A DNA stretch of 64,000 nucleotides, taken from the NCBI RefSeq assembly GCF_009834535.1, contig NC_045697.1, forward strand, positions 59,522,001-59,586,000, given 5' to 3'. The notes beneath the pieces were generated by a model. That model worked only from the letters and a program-made list of their open reading frames with translations. It searched no databases and was not told where the DNA came from. This stretch comes from Camelus ferus. Lineage: Eukaryota. The position numbers and the translations under genes are program-made. This document shows, one piece after another, positions 1 to 12,900 of the stretch (positions within the stretch are counted from its first letter, which is position 1; every line of letters starts with the position of its first letter).

Positions 1-348
1 GACACCTGATTTCAAGAACACTCCCATGCCTGCCACCCAGACATCAAGAAACTGTTGCTACTTTTGTCTGCAACGAAACTGTAAAGATTTGGCCACTAGA
101 CACAGAGTATGGCCACTAAAATTCTCTCTCAGTACTCATGTCACAATGATACTGCTTACAATCAGAAGGAACACCTGGAAAAGGGCTTGTGCTTGATTCC
201 TGTCTTCTAAATCTGGTAGGAATGCAGTTAATTAGTGAAATCAATTTTGCCTCCAGAACCTTAGCTTCAAAGTAGACTAGGAAATGTAGTTTTTAGTTTG
301 TGAGTGTCTATAGAATTGAGAGAGAGTCAATACATAAGATCAATCATA
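1..348 (-). mobile_element. Old MaLR LTR fragment (MLT1K/L/M-like), truncated by window start
   Basis: 'aaccttagcttcaaagtagactaggaaatgtagtttttag' resembles the MLT1-type 'aaccctagctgcaagggagtctgggaaatgtagtttt' motif (recalled consensus). Confidence 0.5.
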
Positions 349-415
349 ATGATCTTTCCCGTCACGCTTTTGACAAGTTGCTGCTGATGCATAGTGAATC
401 TGTTCGCATATTTCT

Positions 416-998
416 CTTTTTGTAGTTGAAGTATATCCAGTTTACAATGTTGTGTCAGTTTCTGGTGTGCAGCATAATAGTTCAGTCATACATATACATA
501 CATATACTCATTTGCATATTCTTCATTATGGGTTACTACAAGAAATTGAATATAGTTTCCTGTGCTATACAGTATAGCTTGTTTATCTATTTTATATATA
601 GTAGTTATTATCTGCAAATCCCAAACTCCCAATTTATCCTTTCCCACTCTCTTCCCTCCCTGGTAACCATAGTTTGTTTTCTGTGTCTGTGAGTGTGTTT
701 TTGTTTTGTAAATAAGTTCATTTGTCTTTTTTTTTTTTCAGATTCCACATATAAGTGATATCATACATTATTTTTCTTTCTCTTTCTGGCTTACTTCACT
801 TAGAATAATGATTTCCAGTCCATCCATGATGCTGCAAATGGCATTATTTTATTATTCTTTATGGCTGAGTAGTATTCCATTGTATATAGCAGCATTATTT
901 ACGATAGCTAAAACAAGTATATAGCAGCATTATTTACGATAGCTAAAACAAGAAAACAGCCTAAATGTCCATTGACAGATGACTGGATAAAGATGTCA
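416..998 (-). mobile_element. Young 5'-truncated, 5'-inverted L1 (camelid-type 3' end)
   Basis: L1 3'UTR and ORF2 C-terminus on minus strand 416-~888. Inverted ORF2 piece (IAALFTIAKTRKQPKCPLTDDWIKM) on plus strand ~886-996. TSD ttcgcatatttct (403-415) / tttgcatatttct (999-1011). Confidence 0.92.
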
Positions 999-3029
999 TT
1001 TGCATATTTCTTATATTGACTCTTGTTTTAATTCAAGTTGGTTTATGCAACACTATTAACAAAAATAATATAACTTGTAATTAATGAAAGAGTACTTGCA
1101 CATGAAACCTACCAAGTTTAGATAGTTATAATTTAGATTATAAATATGTAATTTATATTAACAAAGCATGGCAAATTATAACATCAGAAATGTAAGAGTG
1201 AAGTCAAAATGGGATTCATTATTGGTAGCTGATAGATTTCATGCGCTTTTTCATGTTTCTTTCCTTCCTGATCTAAAAACCATTAATTCATATTCTTGAC
1301 TGTATAGTACATAAGGGGACTTTTGTTGTTTTTCATTTGCTGGTTTATTTTACGGTGAATCTTGAATGATAACAATAATGAATTTGATAATGTTTTTCCT
1401 ACACATTGATGTGATATTCAGAAACCATATTATCTTTTATTGTCAATACAATGAATACCCTAAAATGTGACCAGGTTACACAATTCTGCTTCAGCAAATG
1501 ACTGACTTGTAGGGGATTTACTCAAGTAAGCATTAAAATGTTTTCAAATTAGTATTTTGTTAATTAAAAATAAGAAAAACATCTTTTTTGAGAAGGCTTT
1601 TATTTTTCAAGCTAACAGATAAGATAAAAGTTAGAAAAAATACTGTGATAGAGCATTGGTCCTATCACTTTCATACTTTTACATTTAAAAATACACATTT
1701 TAAAAATGAGTGTTACAAAGAAGCCTTCTATCCTGATGTTTATTATTGACCATTCTTTATAGCAGTTGGGATGGGAGAAGGAATTAAGAGCCTGCTATTA
1801 CCAGTCATCTCCCTGGTTTTCTATTATATCTCTGCTTTCAACTCACACTGTAGTCAACAAAAAAAGTAATGATGGCACCAACTATCAACTTAAAAGGATT
1901 TCCTTTTATGAAAATACCTCTATTCTTAGTGTGTCATTTTATTTTGTAATATTTATGTGAGTAATGCAAGTAATATTTGGATACGATTCAGCATTCTCTA
2001 TGATTTCAGTCTAATTCAGTGCAGCATCCTTATAGTAATATTCAATGAGGTTTGATGATTTAGTATTTCTAATTTTACTATCAGATGGAAAAGTTTGCAG
2101 GGGAAGGCCTAGTTTCTAATTTATTAATGAGGTACTTCAAAAGGTATTGTCTTGATTATATATGATCTCTGGATATTTTTATGTAGAGTTGTGCATATGA
2201 ATCCCCAATGATCATCTTTTAACCAGGCATTGCCTTTATTTATTACCACATCTATTTTCTTATTCTTAATCAGCAGCCCTCTGTTCGGTTTGAGTCTTTT
2301 TGAGTCAAACACCCTAGCAACTTCAAGGGACAATACCATACAAACTGGGTGTGTAGAGTTCAAGTATAAACTAAATTGAAGGTTTATAAATCAAATCCCC
2401 ACCCAAATACATTCTTCACAACTGTTTTGTTTCCCCCTACCTTATTCCCTTTTGTCTGCACATTCTGAATTTGAGGAAGACTGTACCCATGTTGCTTTGT
2501 GACTATGAATGTTAGAACCTTCTGTAGATATAGTAGCTAAAGTTCACTCTCTGGTATTATGTTTGTAATAGAGAGAAAACTGAACTGAGAATCAGGAAAT
2601 TGAATTTCTAGCTTCCTCTGATGTGTCAAAATGAAAGAAGCTGTGTTTTCTTTCTTACCTCCTTTTCTTTCCTACCTCTTATACCAAAAAGACAGTTAAA
2701 GCTGGAGGGAGAATACTGTTGAGATTAATACTGTGATTGAATATGACAATTACATACAAGATGAAGACAAAGAGATTTTCTAAAGAGGAAGAAAATTGTA
2801 GAGTAAGGCTTCATGATGGGAAATGTAAATGGAGCCCTAGAGGTTTTCTATGTGGATAGATAACAAATAATACATGTACCACAAACCTGTTCTATCACCT
2901 GGATAATCAATTGACTTAAATAAAAGCCAACTATTAAAAGGACTAAAGCTTTGAGATTCCTTCGTATAAATCCTAGCTTGTTACACACCTCTGTTTCCAT
3001 GTTATTGAATATGATTAAGTTTTTTATAT

Positions 3030-3146
3030 TAATTAAACATTTACTGAAATTTCACTAACAGCACTAGTCTAGGAACTGAGAATACAGTATTAAAGAAACA
3101 GAAAAAAAAATGAATATTGCTGGTCTTGTAGAATTTGTTTAGTGGA
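3030..3146 (-). mobile_element. L2 3' end fragment
   Basis: 'aaacatttactgaa...gcactagtctaggaactgagaatacagt' is typical of the L2 3' end in reverse orientation. Confidence 0.6.
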
Positions 3147-3199
3147 TTTCAAATACTATGTATTAAGATATCCAAGATCAAAAATCCTGAGAATCGACA

Positions 3200-3566
3200 T
3201 GTTGAAAATACAATAGGAAAATGGACAAAAAAACTGAATATTCACTGGACAATAAAATTATACAAATGGCCAATTAATACATGAAAACATGTTCATTAGT
3301 TATCAGGGACTAATTTTACCTTATAATATACAAAACTAGTCAAAGTGAATCTATGTTGCTGTAAGTAAGAATTGTAGTTATCCTTAGGAGCAGGGGTATT
3401 GTGACTGGAAGGGAGCCTGAGGGGTGCTTCTTGGGTGCTAGTAATGTTAGGGTTTTTCACTTGTGGTTTTTATATAGTCCTTTACAGTTTGTAAAAACTG
3501 AGTTGTACTCATATGAAACAATTATCTTCCTATATGTGTATTATATTTCTGTATTTTTAAAAAAAC
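3200..3566 (+). mobile_element. Old L1 (L1ME/L1MD-like) 3' fragments
   Basis: 'aataggaaaatggacaaaa...atacaaatggccaattaatacatgaaaacatgttca' followed by 'tgactggaagggagcctgaggggtgcttcttgggtgctagtaatgtt' and an A-rich end. Confidence 0.7.
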
Positions 3567-4459
3567 TGTTTTCTGACTATACCCTACTGAGTTTAGTCTA
3601 TTCAATTAACTGGTTACAATCTCCTTGTTTTCCCCCATTAAAAATGCAGATAATTCAAAATCTGGTGTGAGCTTATGACTGACTTAGAAATCTCCATTGC
3701 TTCATGAATATTGATAATCATGTGTCTAAACACAATGATAGGACTGAAGAGCTCTTAAAACATTTTCACCTAAATATTAACTACCTAAAAAGACTAATAT
3801 TAGTACTGAAAAAAATTAATTCCCAAGAAGACAAAATTCACTATCTTTTAAACAGGTAGTGATAATTAATATAACAAATAATTTATATGAAAATAAAAAT
3901 GAAAAAGTACGTGAATAACTTTGGATTTTTTTGATCAAAGAAATTACTTAGAGGGACTTTGAAAATGCACAGTCCTGGTTCTAATGTGTCTGTGCCACCA
4001 GATGTGTAGTTCTTAGCAAGTTATTACATGATCTGAACTTTCATTTCCTATATACTGTGTATTCGAATAACTACATGATGAGGGACACAGATAATCTGTT
4101 AGATCTATGAAGACTGTTCTGTATGAGTTCACTTCTGCATCTTTTGAGACCAGTTTTTTGCCTAGTAAGCAAGAGCCCTACTAAATTAATATTTGGGAAA
4201 TAAGTGAAAATTGTGTATAGGTTCTCAATAAATGGTTTAATATATATATTATATTGTAGAATTTATATATCTTATTTAATCATGACTCACTGTTCTCTGA
4301 GAATGTATTAACATGTCCACATATAATAATACAATTTCTCAATTAGTATGCAGAATCAGTACTCCAACTAAAGACCTCTCATACCAAGTTTAATACTTTT
4401 CTGACTCTAGAGGAGCAAAATAGATTGTTGCTGTAAATAAATGGAAAGAAACAGTCTCG

Positions 4460-4950
4460 TGGACTTTCAGGGCTATAAACGGTCTTCATGAATATTTATT
4501 CAAGTCTCTGACTGTCAAGCATCTCTGTCAAACATCTCTTGAATATATCCAGTACTAGGGAGTCTCCCTCCACTGGTGGATACTCTATAAATCCAATGCT
4601 AGAGCTGTTAAATATTCCTTATATTGATTTCAAAACTGCCTCCAAAACAAATTATACCCTCCAGAGCAACAAAGAGTAAGTCATATTCCCTTCCACATGA
4701 CAATCCTTCATCAAGTTAAGTACAGCTAAATCTTGCTTATGGTAGAAATTCTAGACTGCTCACTGTACTGTTTGCCTACCTTTGCTTCTATATTCCTTAG
4801 AAAAGCAGTTCCCAGTTTATAAATGATTATCAAAGACTATAATAAGACTACTGAAATATATTCTGCTCTGTGTTTAACCTTGTTTTTGATTCAGCCTATA
4901 ATTTTGTTGTTTTTAGTAGCCATGTAACAATGTGGATCTATGTTATCTGT
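4460..4950 (-). mobile_element. L3/CR1 LINE fragment
   Basis: 'ttgaatatatccagtactagggagtctc...ttccttatattgatttcaaaactgcctcc...ttcccttccacatgacaatccttca' matches the recalled reverse L3 3' region. Confidence 0.7.
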
Positions 4951-5061
4951 GTTATAAAATTTCATTTTCAAACCTTGTCAGGAGACATTTCACATAGGTT
5001 CTACTAGGATCATAAGTTCTGTAGTATTATTAAAGGAGAAAAAGACAATTTAAAAAAAGTT

Positions 5062-5750
5062 ACACCACCTTAATGTATTTCACCCAATTCCTACCCTTTG
5101 CTTCTGGTGACCACCAATCTGCTCTCCGTTTGTATGAGCTCATTTATTTAGCTTCTACATAATATGTCAGATCACGTGGTGTTCGCCTTTTTTTCTGTCT
5201 CACTTACTTCACTTATCATAAAGCCCTTAAGGTCCATCTATGTTGTCGAAAATGGTAGCATTTCCTTCCTTTTTTGGCTAAATAACATTCCATTGAATAT
5301 ATACCATGTTTTCTTTATCCATTCATCCATCACTGGACACTTAGGTTACCTGGTTCCAAATCTTGGCTATTGTAAATAATACTACAGTGAATGTGGAGAT
5401 GTGGATATCTTTTTCAGTTAGTGTTTTTGTTTTTTTCAGATAAATAGTCGGAAGTGGAATTGCTTGACCATATGCTAGTTCTATTTTTAGTTCTTTGAAA
5501 AACCTTCAGGTTGTTTTCCAGATTGACTGCAACAATGTATATCCCCACCAGCAGTATACAAATATTTCCTTTTCTCCACATCCTTGCCAGCACTTGTTAT
5601 TTCTTACCTTTTCAGTAATAGCCATCATAACAGGTGTGAGGTGATATCTCATTGTGGTTTAGATTTGCATTTCCCTAATGATTAGTGATGTTCAACATCT
5701 TTTCACGTACTTGTTGGCCATTTGTATGTCCTTCTTGGTAAAATGTTCAG
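5062..5750 (-). mobile_element. L1 (L1MA-like) ORF2 C-terminus/3'UTR fragment
   Basis: Classic antisense L1 text: 'cttacttcacttatcata', 'tccattcatccatcactggacacttaggtt', 'tctcattgtggtttagatttgcatttccctaatgattagtgatgtt'. Confidence 0.92.
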
Positions 5751-5802
5751 ATGAAAAATATTAATATTCAAGTTCATACTTCTTGCGAAAATCATAGTGG
5801 AT

Positions 5803-5925
5803 GTATTCATTCATTAAACAAATGTTAATTGATTGCCTTTATATGTGAGTGCTTTTCTAGTGTGGGGATACAGTAGTGAATAAAACAAAGATCCCTGCCA
5901 ACAAAGAACTGATGTTCCAGTTCAG
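5803..5925 (-). mobile_element. L2 3' end fragment
   Basis: 'ttcattcattaaacaaatgttaattgattgcc...ggggatacagtagtgaataaaacaaagatccctgcc'. Confidence 0.75.
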
Positions 5926-7057
5926 GAAAGCATCATCTAACACATAAAATAATGAATTGTCATCTACTTTTTCAGAATTGTACATTTTTATGAATAATTT
6001 TAGAGCTCCAAGCATCAATTATTAGCTATTATAGTTAATAAAAGAATGCTCTGATATTTAATGAAGGTTATTAACAATCATGTCTTTAGTGAGCAGAGTC
6101 CAATGAGTTAATAGCTTTCTGTTGTTCCTAGTCAAATAAACTTTTTATGTAATTTCATTATTCTTTGAAAAGAAATGTAATTAAAGCTCCAATTTTTAAG
6201 CCCTCCAAATAACGTTGATTCCAGAGTGGAATCCTTGTGAAATCCATTCTCTAAAGTAAAATGGAAAATTACTTCAATGATTCTGTTGAATTAAGTCAAA
6301 AAAGGAGGTCATATACTTAATGTTTAATGAGAATAAGGACAGGCACTATACCTGCAAGCACCATTATTTGAATTTGCACCCAGCAAAGCTGAGATGTTAA
6401 TTTAGTATAAATTTACAGTTCTGGCTATTGCTCTAGTTAGGGTGTAACATCTCATAAATGAGAAATGTGAATAAAATACATAGTGGTAGGGAGACTATAC
6501 TTACTTTATATTCTATTTTAAGACTAATAATTCAGACCAAAATGTCAGGAGGAAGAGGAGGCTTATCCAAAGGTATAAGCATATGGTAATATTTCCTACT
6601 TTGAAGAAATAGTTAAATCACAAGTGGGGTAATTATTTGATCCCCAAATTAAGTAGATTACCAAGGTTAATAACTCTACTACTAACTTCAATCACCACTA
6701 CATATTTAAAAGTAATAAAATATCTTGTTTGAATTAAGCTATATTTCAAATACAACCTTTAGTACTATGCAATGCCAAAAGCATACAGCAAATATTAGGT
6801 TGTGGGCAAATTATAGTTCCAATTGCTGCTTAAGCATAATTCTTTATCTCTGAATACTGAGCTTGCTCATTGTTCATTGTCCCCCAGCAAGAGGCACATG
6901 CATTCCATCTTTTGTTCATTTGTTCCTCAAATAGCATATCCATTAAGATCTCAGAGTATATTTACCTTTAATGGGTATTTCTTCAAGTCCTCTAAATTTA
7001 CTTTGGTGTCTCTTTCCAGTCTCCTTGTACTTGGTTTGATATCACTGTCCATGATTG

Positions 7058-7476
7058 TGTATTAGAGTACTCAGGCTGCCATAACAATGTCACAAGCTGG
7101 GTGGTTTAAACAACACAAATTAATTTTCTCAGAGTTTGGAGGCTACAAGTCTCAGATCAAGGAGCTGGCAGATCTGCTTTCTGGTGAGATTTCTGGTGAG
7201 ACCTCTCTTCCTGGCTTGCAGATGACCTCCTCCTTACTGTGCCCTCACATGGCCTTTTCTTTGTGTGCATATGAAGGAGAAAGATGGGGGTGGGGATCTC
7301 TGGTGTCTCTTCCTTTTCTTATAAGGATACCAGACCTGACAGATTAGGGTCCCACCCTTATGACCTCTTTTAACCTTAATTACCTGCATGAAGACCCTAT
7401 CTCTAAATACAGTCACATTGGGGCTTGGTGGCTTCAACATATGAATTTACCGGGGGTATACAATCAGTCCATGATA
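7058..7476 (-). mobile_element. MaLR solo LTR (MLT1A/B-like)
   Basis: Begins tgtattag, ends cagtccatgata. Diagnostic 'ggctgccataaca', 'cttcctggcttgcagatg', 'cccacccttatgacctc', 'ttcaacatatgaattt'. Near-TSD gattg/gattc. Internal 12-bp duplication tttctggtgaga. Confidence 0.9.
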
Positions 7477-7491
7477 GATTCTTTTAATAAT

Positions 7492-10400
7492 CCTTTTAAA
7501 ATAAAATTTTAATTTTAACAGAATTTAAGTATATAGAAAAATTGTGAAGATAAGTATAGAGTATTCCCCTATGCCCCTCACTCAGTTTCCTCTATTGTTA
7601 ACATCTCATATTAATATGATACTTCATTACAATTAATCAATGTTCATACATAATTATTAACTATAGTTCATAATTGACTCAGATTTCTTTAGTTTTACCA
7701 CCTATTTTTCTTCTTTCTTTGTTTCTCTTTCCTTCTCCCTTTTGTCTTTTTGGTCTTGTTGTCCCATTGGGGTTATCACATTACCTTCAGTAGTCATTTC
7801 TCATGAGGCTCCTATTTGACTGTGACACTTACTCAAACTTTCCTTGTTTTGAGTGACCTTTACACTTTTTAAGAAGTACTAATTAGGTACTTTATAGAAT
7901 CAAGTGGAATTTGACCTTTATCTTCTGACTGGCCTTGGTTATGAGTTTTGGGGAGTAAACTGCTGTTTTCATTACATCACGTCAAGGGTACATACTATCA
8001 AGGTGACATCCTTGTTGGTGTTAACCTTGATAACCTAGCTGAAGTACTGCTTGTCAGGTTTCTCCACTGTGAAGTTATTCTTTTGCCCCTAATTTTTCAT
8101 ACTGTATCCTCTGGCAGGAAATATCTATTCACTACTCACACCTAAGGAGAGTTATGCTCTTTCTCCTTCCATTAAGAGTTATCTACATAAATTATTTAGA
8201 ATTCTTTTGTCCTGAAAATTTGTTTGATGTTTGTTTATTTATATCAGCATATACTTATGGGCAATTATTTTATACTTTGGGTTATAATCTAATACTACTT
8301 CATTTTCTTGCACAAATTGTTACAGGAATTTGGCCATTGGCAGCTCTTTCACTTGGCTCCTATGTCTCTTTGACATATTCTCATTATTTATTTAATTTTT
8401 TAAATTTAACTGAGCAATTTCTTATTCCCTGTCACTATAAGATGCTTTAGGCTCATCTTATATATTTCCTGCTCTCATCCTAGAACCAGCCATTTTTCAA
8501 AGGAGCCTTGGTTCCTTTTGTTGGAAAATAGTATTAGAAACCAAGATCTGGGTGTTAGGTGTGCTCACTGCTACTGAGGTGTTGCTTCTAGGCTTCTCTC
8601 AGCTGACAGAGTAAAGAAACATTTGTGTATATAAAGGTACCCATCTATAAATATCCCTAAATGTATATGAGTGAACTTTTAACTAAAGCTCATATTAATG
8701 TTTCCAATTCTAATCAATTACTACATGGATCTTTCTAGCTTCCTCTCCTTGCTTATTTGTAATCTCCTGCTCCAGCAGTGAGAAATCTCATTCCCATAAT
8801 TTGCTATACATTTACTTAATTATTACATACAAGTATACATGTATATTAGGTATCATACCTCTGTAGTTTATCAACTATAGTACAGTACTTCAGTATAGTT
8901 CATTTTGCCTTTGTTTTAAAGATTCTACTGATTTTTAAAATTAGTTAGGTGATCAATTTTTCTTCCCACACTGTGAGGGGTGTTTCATATGTTTATAATA
9001 CAGCTGAATTGTTTTGTCATATTCTACATTCTGTCCTGAGGGAGGCCTCCTCCAATCTCCTGAATGACTTTTAAGCAATTTATATACATTGAAGTTCACT
9101 CTTCATGCCATCAAGTTTTATGCATTTTCACAAATGCAGAGTATCACATATCCATCATTATGGTACCATACAGATAGATTCATTCTCAAACAAAACACAA
9201 CACTGTTTTTTAAACCTATTAAAACAATGCTAGCCTCTGATCTATTTACCATCTCTTTAATTTTGCTGTTTCCAGAATTAATATAATTGAAACATTGAAT
9301 ATTTAGTCTTTTCAGACAAGCTATTTCCACTTAGCAATATGTATTTACCAATCATCCGTGTCATTTAGTAGCTTGATAGCTCATTTCTTTTTATTGATGA
9401 ACAATATTCTGTTGTATGGTTACATGATCTTCATTTTTGATATTGGAATTTATTATCTTTCCCTTTTCTCTCTCTGGTTAGCCAGGCAATAGGTTTATTA
9501 ATCTATTTGTCAAATAGTTAGCTTTTAGGTTTTTTTTTTTTCCTCTCAATTTTTTCCTTTTTTTTAGTTTTTAAGTTCTTTTATTTCTGCTGATATTTTT
9601 CTTTTTTTTCCTTAAAGTTAAAATACTCTGCATTTTCTGTTTTTCTATAATGGAATCTGAGATTACTGATTTTAGATCTTTCTTATTTCCTAATACATGC
9701 ATTTAACATGATTGTCCTCTAAGCACTGCTTACACTGCATTCCACAAATTTTGATAGGTTGTTTTTTATTATCATTTAGTTGGATTTCCCTTGAGACTGC
9801 TTCTTTGATTCAGGTTTCCTTTGATCTCCAAATATTTGGGCAATTTCTAGGTATCTTTTATTACTGATAGCTAATTTAATTCCATTATGATTCCATTGTA
9901 TGATTTTTATTTTAAAAAATTTGTTGTTTTTTTAATGGTCCAGAGTGTAGACTGTCTTGGTGAATATAATTTTTTGTTGTATCAGGTAATTAAAATGGAG
10001 GTAAATAGACCTATAGTGTGTAGTTTTACATTTATCTGGCTAGTATTTATGTTTGCTGTGTTTAATGTTTGCTGTAGGGATAGGTGCCAGAGGCTTCATG
10101 TTTCTTGTTTTTGTTTCTGTTCTTTACTTTTGGCTTTCTTAAGTATTTCTCTTTAGTGAAGGGCTACATCTTGCTGCTTGGTCAGTGGCAATTTTCTTTT
10201 ATTATCATATAACCCTGTTGGTGTAGTGGTATGGATGTGGGAAGGGTTCTGTCATCTTCTGATTAAACATCTGTCCTTTAGTGGGCCTGTGTCTCTAGTC
10301 TGGTACCCTCACGTGTATTTTTCCCACATATAGCACTTCCCCTACCTTAGGTAAGATAGGAAAAACTACAGGGAGTAGAGGGGAGGGGTTCTCTCCCCCA

Positions 10401-10880
10401 GCTGGGATAAGGCTCTGGTAAAGTCTTTCCCAGGCTTTGTTACAAAGTAGGTCTTTGTTACAAAGAATCCTCTCAGGTATATTTCCCAATTACTCTTTTA
10501 CTTCTTTTTGCCAAAGCCACAAGATCTTTCTTGGTTCTTCACCATAAGATCCTAATACAGAACCCGAGGGTAAAAACCTAAGAAGTTGTGGAGAGCGCAG
10601 CTTCCAGGAGTTTCTCACTCATGCCTGTCTGTGCTCAGCCTCAGATAGTTTGTCATTTAAATGTTCCTACCTGTTTGTGGCTCTAGCAGCTTCTGTTCTA
10701 GTTGAGCAGAACTCTGCTCTGACTCTGTATTTTCTTGTCCAACTTTTGGGGTGATAATTTGACATGAGACCTCAATTCTCTGATGGGTTAAAATATCACT
10801 GGTTTTCAGTTTACTCAGATTTTTCTTATTATAAGAAAGGAAGTGAAAATTTACAATCTATTTACATGTCAGAGCTACAT
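7492..10880 (-). mobile_element. Fragmented old L1 (L1MC/L1MD-like): long 3'UTR, ORF2 pieces, 5'UTR-like segment
   Basis: 3' end 'gaaaaattgtgaagataagtatagagtattcc...cagtttcctctattgttaacatc' and 'aaggagccttggttccttttgttggaaaatagtattagaaaccaagatctggg'. ORF2-type T-rich text 9420-9960. 5'UTR-like text 10000-10880. Confidence 0.8.
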
Positions 10881-11182
10881 TTGCAGTGTCATATTTTTCT
10901 TTTAAGGATTTCAGTGGCCAGATATGTACCTGGACTCTCAATATAAACATCTGTATTTAGACAATTCAACATAATGCTAATAATTATATATATATATTAT
11001 ATACATGTATTCTCAGAGCAAATAGCAATCTTTGATTGCTATAATCAGATTGTATATGATCACTATAGGTACCAATTTGAGTTCACGTTAGAAGCTAAAT
11101 TTTTGTTCTTGAATCTTTGAAAGTGTGTAGTTTAACAGCTATAGCAAACGTCCAAGTTAAATTTTCAGAATATCCAGAATAC

Positions 11183-11545
11183 TGTGGTAGGTAGAATCCT
11201 AAATTAGCCCACAGGATTCCCACCAACCTGGTATACATGCTCTGTATACCATCTCCTCCTTTTGAAATGTATTTGTGATATATTGCTCCTGTGACTGTTA
11301 CATTATATAGCAGAGAGACTTTGAAGATGTAATTAAGTTCCTAATCAGTGACTTTGGGCTAATCAAAAGCGAGAGCATCCTGGTTCAGCCTAATTTAATC
11401 ACGTGAGCCATTAAAAAGGGGTCAGAAAGATTTGAAGCAGGAGAAATTTCTCTTGCTGACTTTGAAGAAGCAAAATCCACATTTGAACTGCTTATTGAAG
11501 AGGCTACATGGCACAAAATTGAAAGTGGTCTCTAAAACTGAGCAT
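11183..11545 (+). mobile_element. MaLR LTR 5' part (MLT1E/F-like)
   Basis: 'tgtggtaggtagaatcctaa', 'gactttgaagatgtaattaag', 'cctaatttaatcacgtgagcc', 'tgactttgaagaagcaa'. Confidence 0.8.
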
Positions 11546-11624
11546 GATGGAGAAGATTGAGCCATAGTCTTCTCATCAAGGAAGTTTCTAAAATCAGCAA
11601 AAGAAGGAAAAACTCAATACTCAG

Positions 11625-11780
11625 TCACTTGAAGTCTTTGCTTGTGTATCATTGCTGCTGCTTCATTGGTCAAAGAAAGTGACATGGCCAAGCCTAGTGT
11701 CAGTGGGTGGAAGGGGTCAGGGGCATTGGTACAGAGAGGTCTGAACACATTGGAGACAGTTATTGCAACAGTCTACCATA
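11625..11780 (-). mobile_element. MaLR LTR fragment (MLT1J/K-like)
   Basis: 'cattggtcaaagaaagtgacatggccaagcctag...cagtctaccata'. Confidence 0.65.
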
Positions 11781-11924
11781 GTTACTTAAAAGAGAAGCCC
11801 CTACATTCCAGCAGGTTCTGTTATGGTTATTGTTTTCAAAAAGAAATGAAAGCACCAAACCTTTTAAAGGTTATGGAGAAAAAGTGATGTAATTTAGTAA
11901 CAGTCTCCAAAGTCTTGAGTAACA

Positions 11925-12750
11925 AATCTCAAAGATGTTCTATAGAACGTTGATTCTGAGATACATGCTTTGAAAGGATAGAATTTGCCATAAAAAAATG
12001 TTTAGAAAACACTCATTTCTCTGACCCACTTCAGTCCTGAGATTTACATATTAGCACGCCTAATGGGTAATTTTTCAGGTCAGCATAACTGGGCCGTGGG
12101 ATGCCCAGACATTTGAGCAAATATTGTTTTAGGTATATTCTGTGAGGGTGTTTCTGGATGAGATTAACATTTGAATCCGTAGACTAAATCAGATTTTTCT
12201 CCCTGTGTGAATGGGCTTCATTCAATCAATTGAAGAACTGGATAGAACGAAAATCCTCAGTAAGAGGAACTCCTGCTGCTTGACTTGAGAGCTGGGACAC
12301 TGGTCTTTTTCCTGCCTTCAGGCTCACCTGAAAAACTGTCTCTTTGAGGGTTTTAAGTTGGCTGGGTTTTGGGCTTGAACTTGTGTACACCACTGGCTTG
12401 CCTGGTGTTCAGGCCTTTGGAATCAACTAGAACCACGCCTCAGCTCCCTTGGGTCTCCAGCTTGTCAACTGCAACTGCATGTCTTGGGTCCTCTCAGCCT
12501 CCATAATCTAAACTGGTTCCTTACAATAAATCTGCCCATCCATCTGGGATATCTACATGTATGAATGACAGCTGTGAATATCTATTTATCTATCTGCCTG
12601 TATATGAGAGAGAGGTGATATATATTGATTCTGCTGCTTGGTAGAACTCTGACTAACACAGCATATTACTCATCAACATGTTAACACATTAATGCCTCTA
12701 AGATTGTCTGAAGTAAAAAATAACTGCCTATCTTTTTAACATAAAAGAAA
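11925..12750. mobile_element. hAT-Charlie MITE (MER103-like) split by the MLT2 LTR
   Basis: 'gttctatagaacgttgattctgagat...gagatttacatattagca' | LTR | 'gcatatt...gcctctaagattgtctgaagtaaa' follows the recalled MER103C order. Confidence 0.45.
12059..12660 (+). mobile_element. ERVL solo LTR (MLT2B/D-like)
   Basis: 'aactgggccgtgggatgcccagacattt', 'gtgtttctggatgagattaacatttgaatc', 'ctcagcctccataat', AATAAA, ends 'gaactctgactaacaca'. Confidence 0.9.
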
Positions 12751-12764
12751 CTTTGAAATGAGTA

Positions 12765-12900
12765 GGAAAGCCATGATTTAAGTCTCAATTCTACTACTAT
12801 GTGACTTTCAACATTTACTTAAAAGCTCTAAATTCCTGATTCTTCACCTATAAAATGGAAAGCTTGAGAAAATACTTCTTACACTATTCACATGTTAGCT
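12765..12900 (+). mobile_element. MIR SINE fragment
   Basis: Core-like 'ctactactatgtgactttcaacatttactt...ttcttcacctataaaatgg'. Confidence 0.6.

Noticed and set aside
882..951. Direct repeats as a possible CRISPR-like array
   Set aside because: Only two adjacent copies with no spacer, L1-derived, in mammalian DNA.
11228..11251. 9-bp-arm hairpin tggtataca-tgctc-tgtatacca
   Set aside because: Short, inside an MLT1 LTR, and too small for a pre-miRNA.
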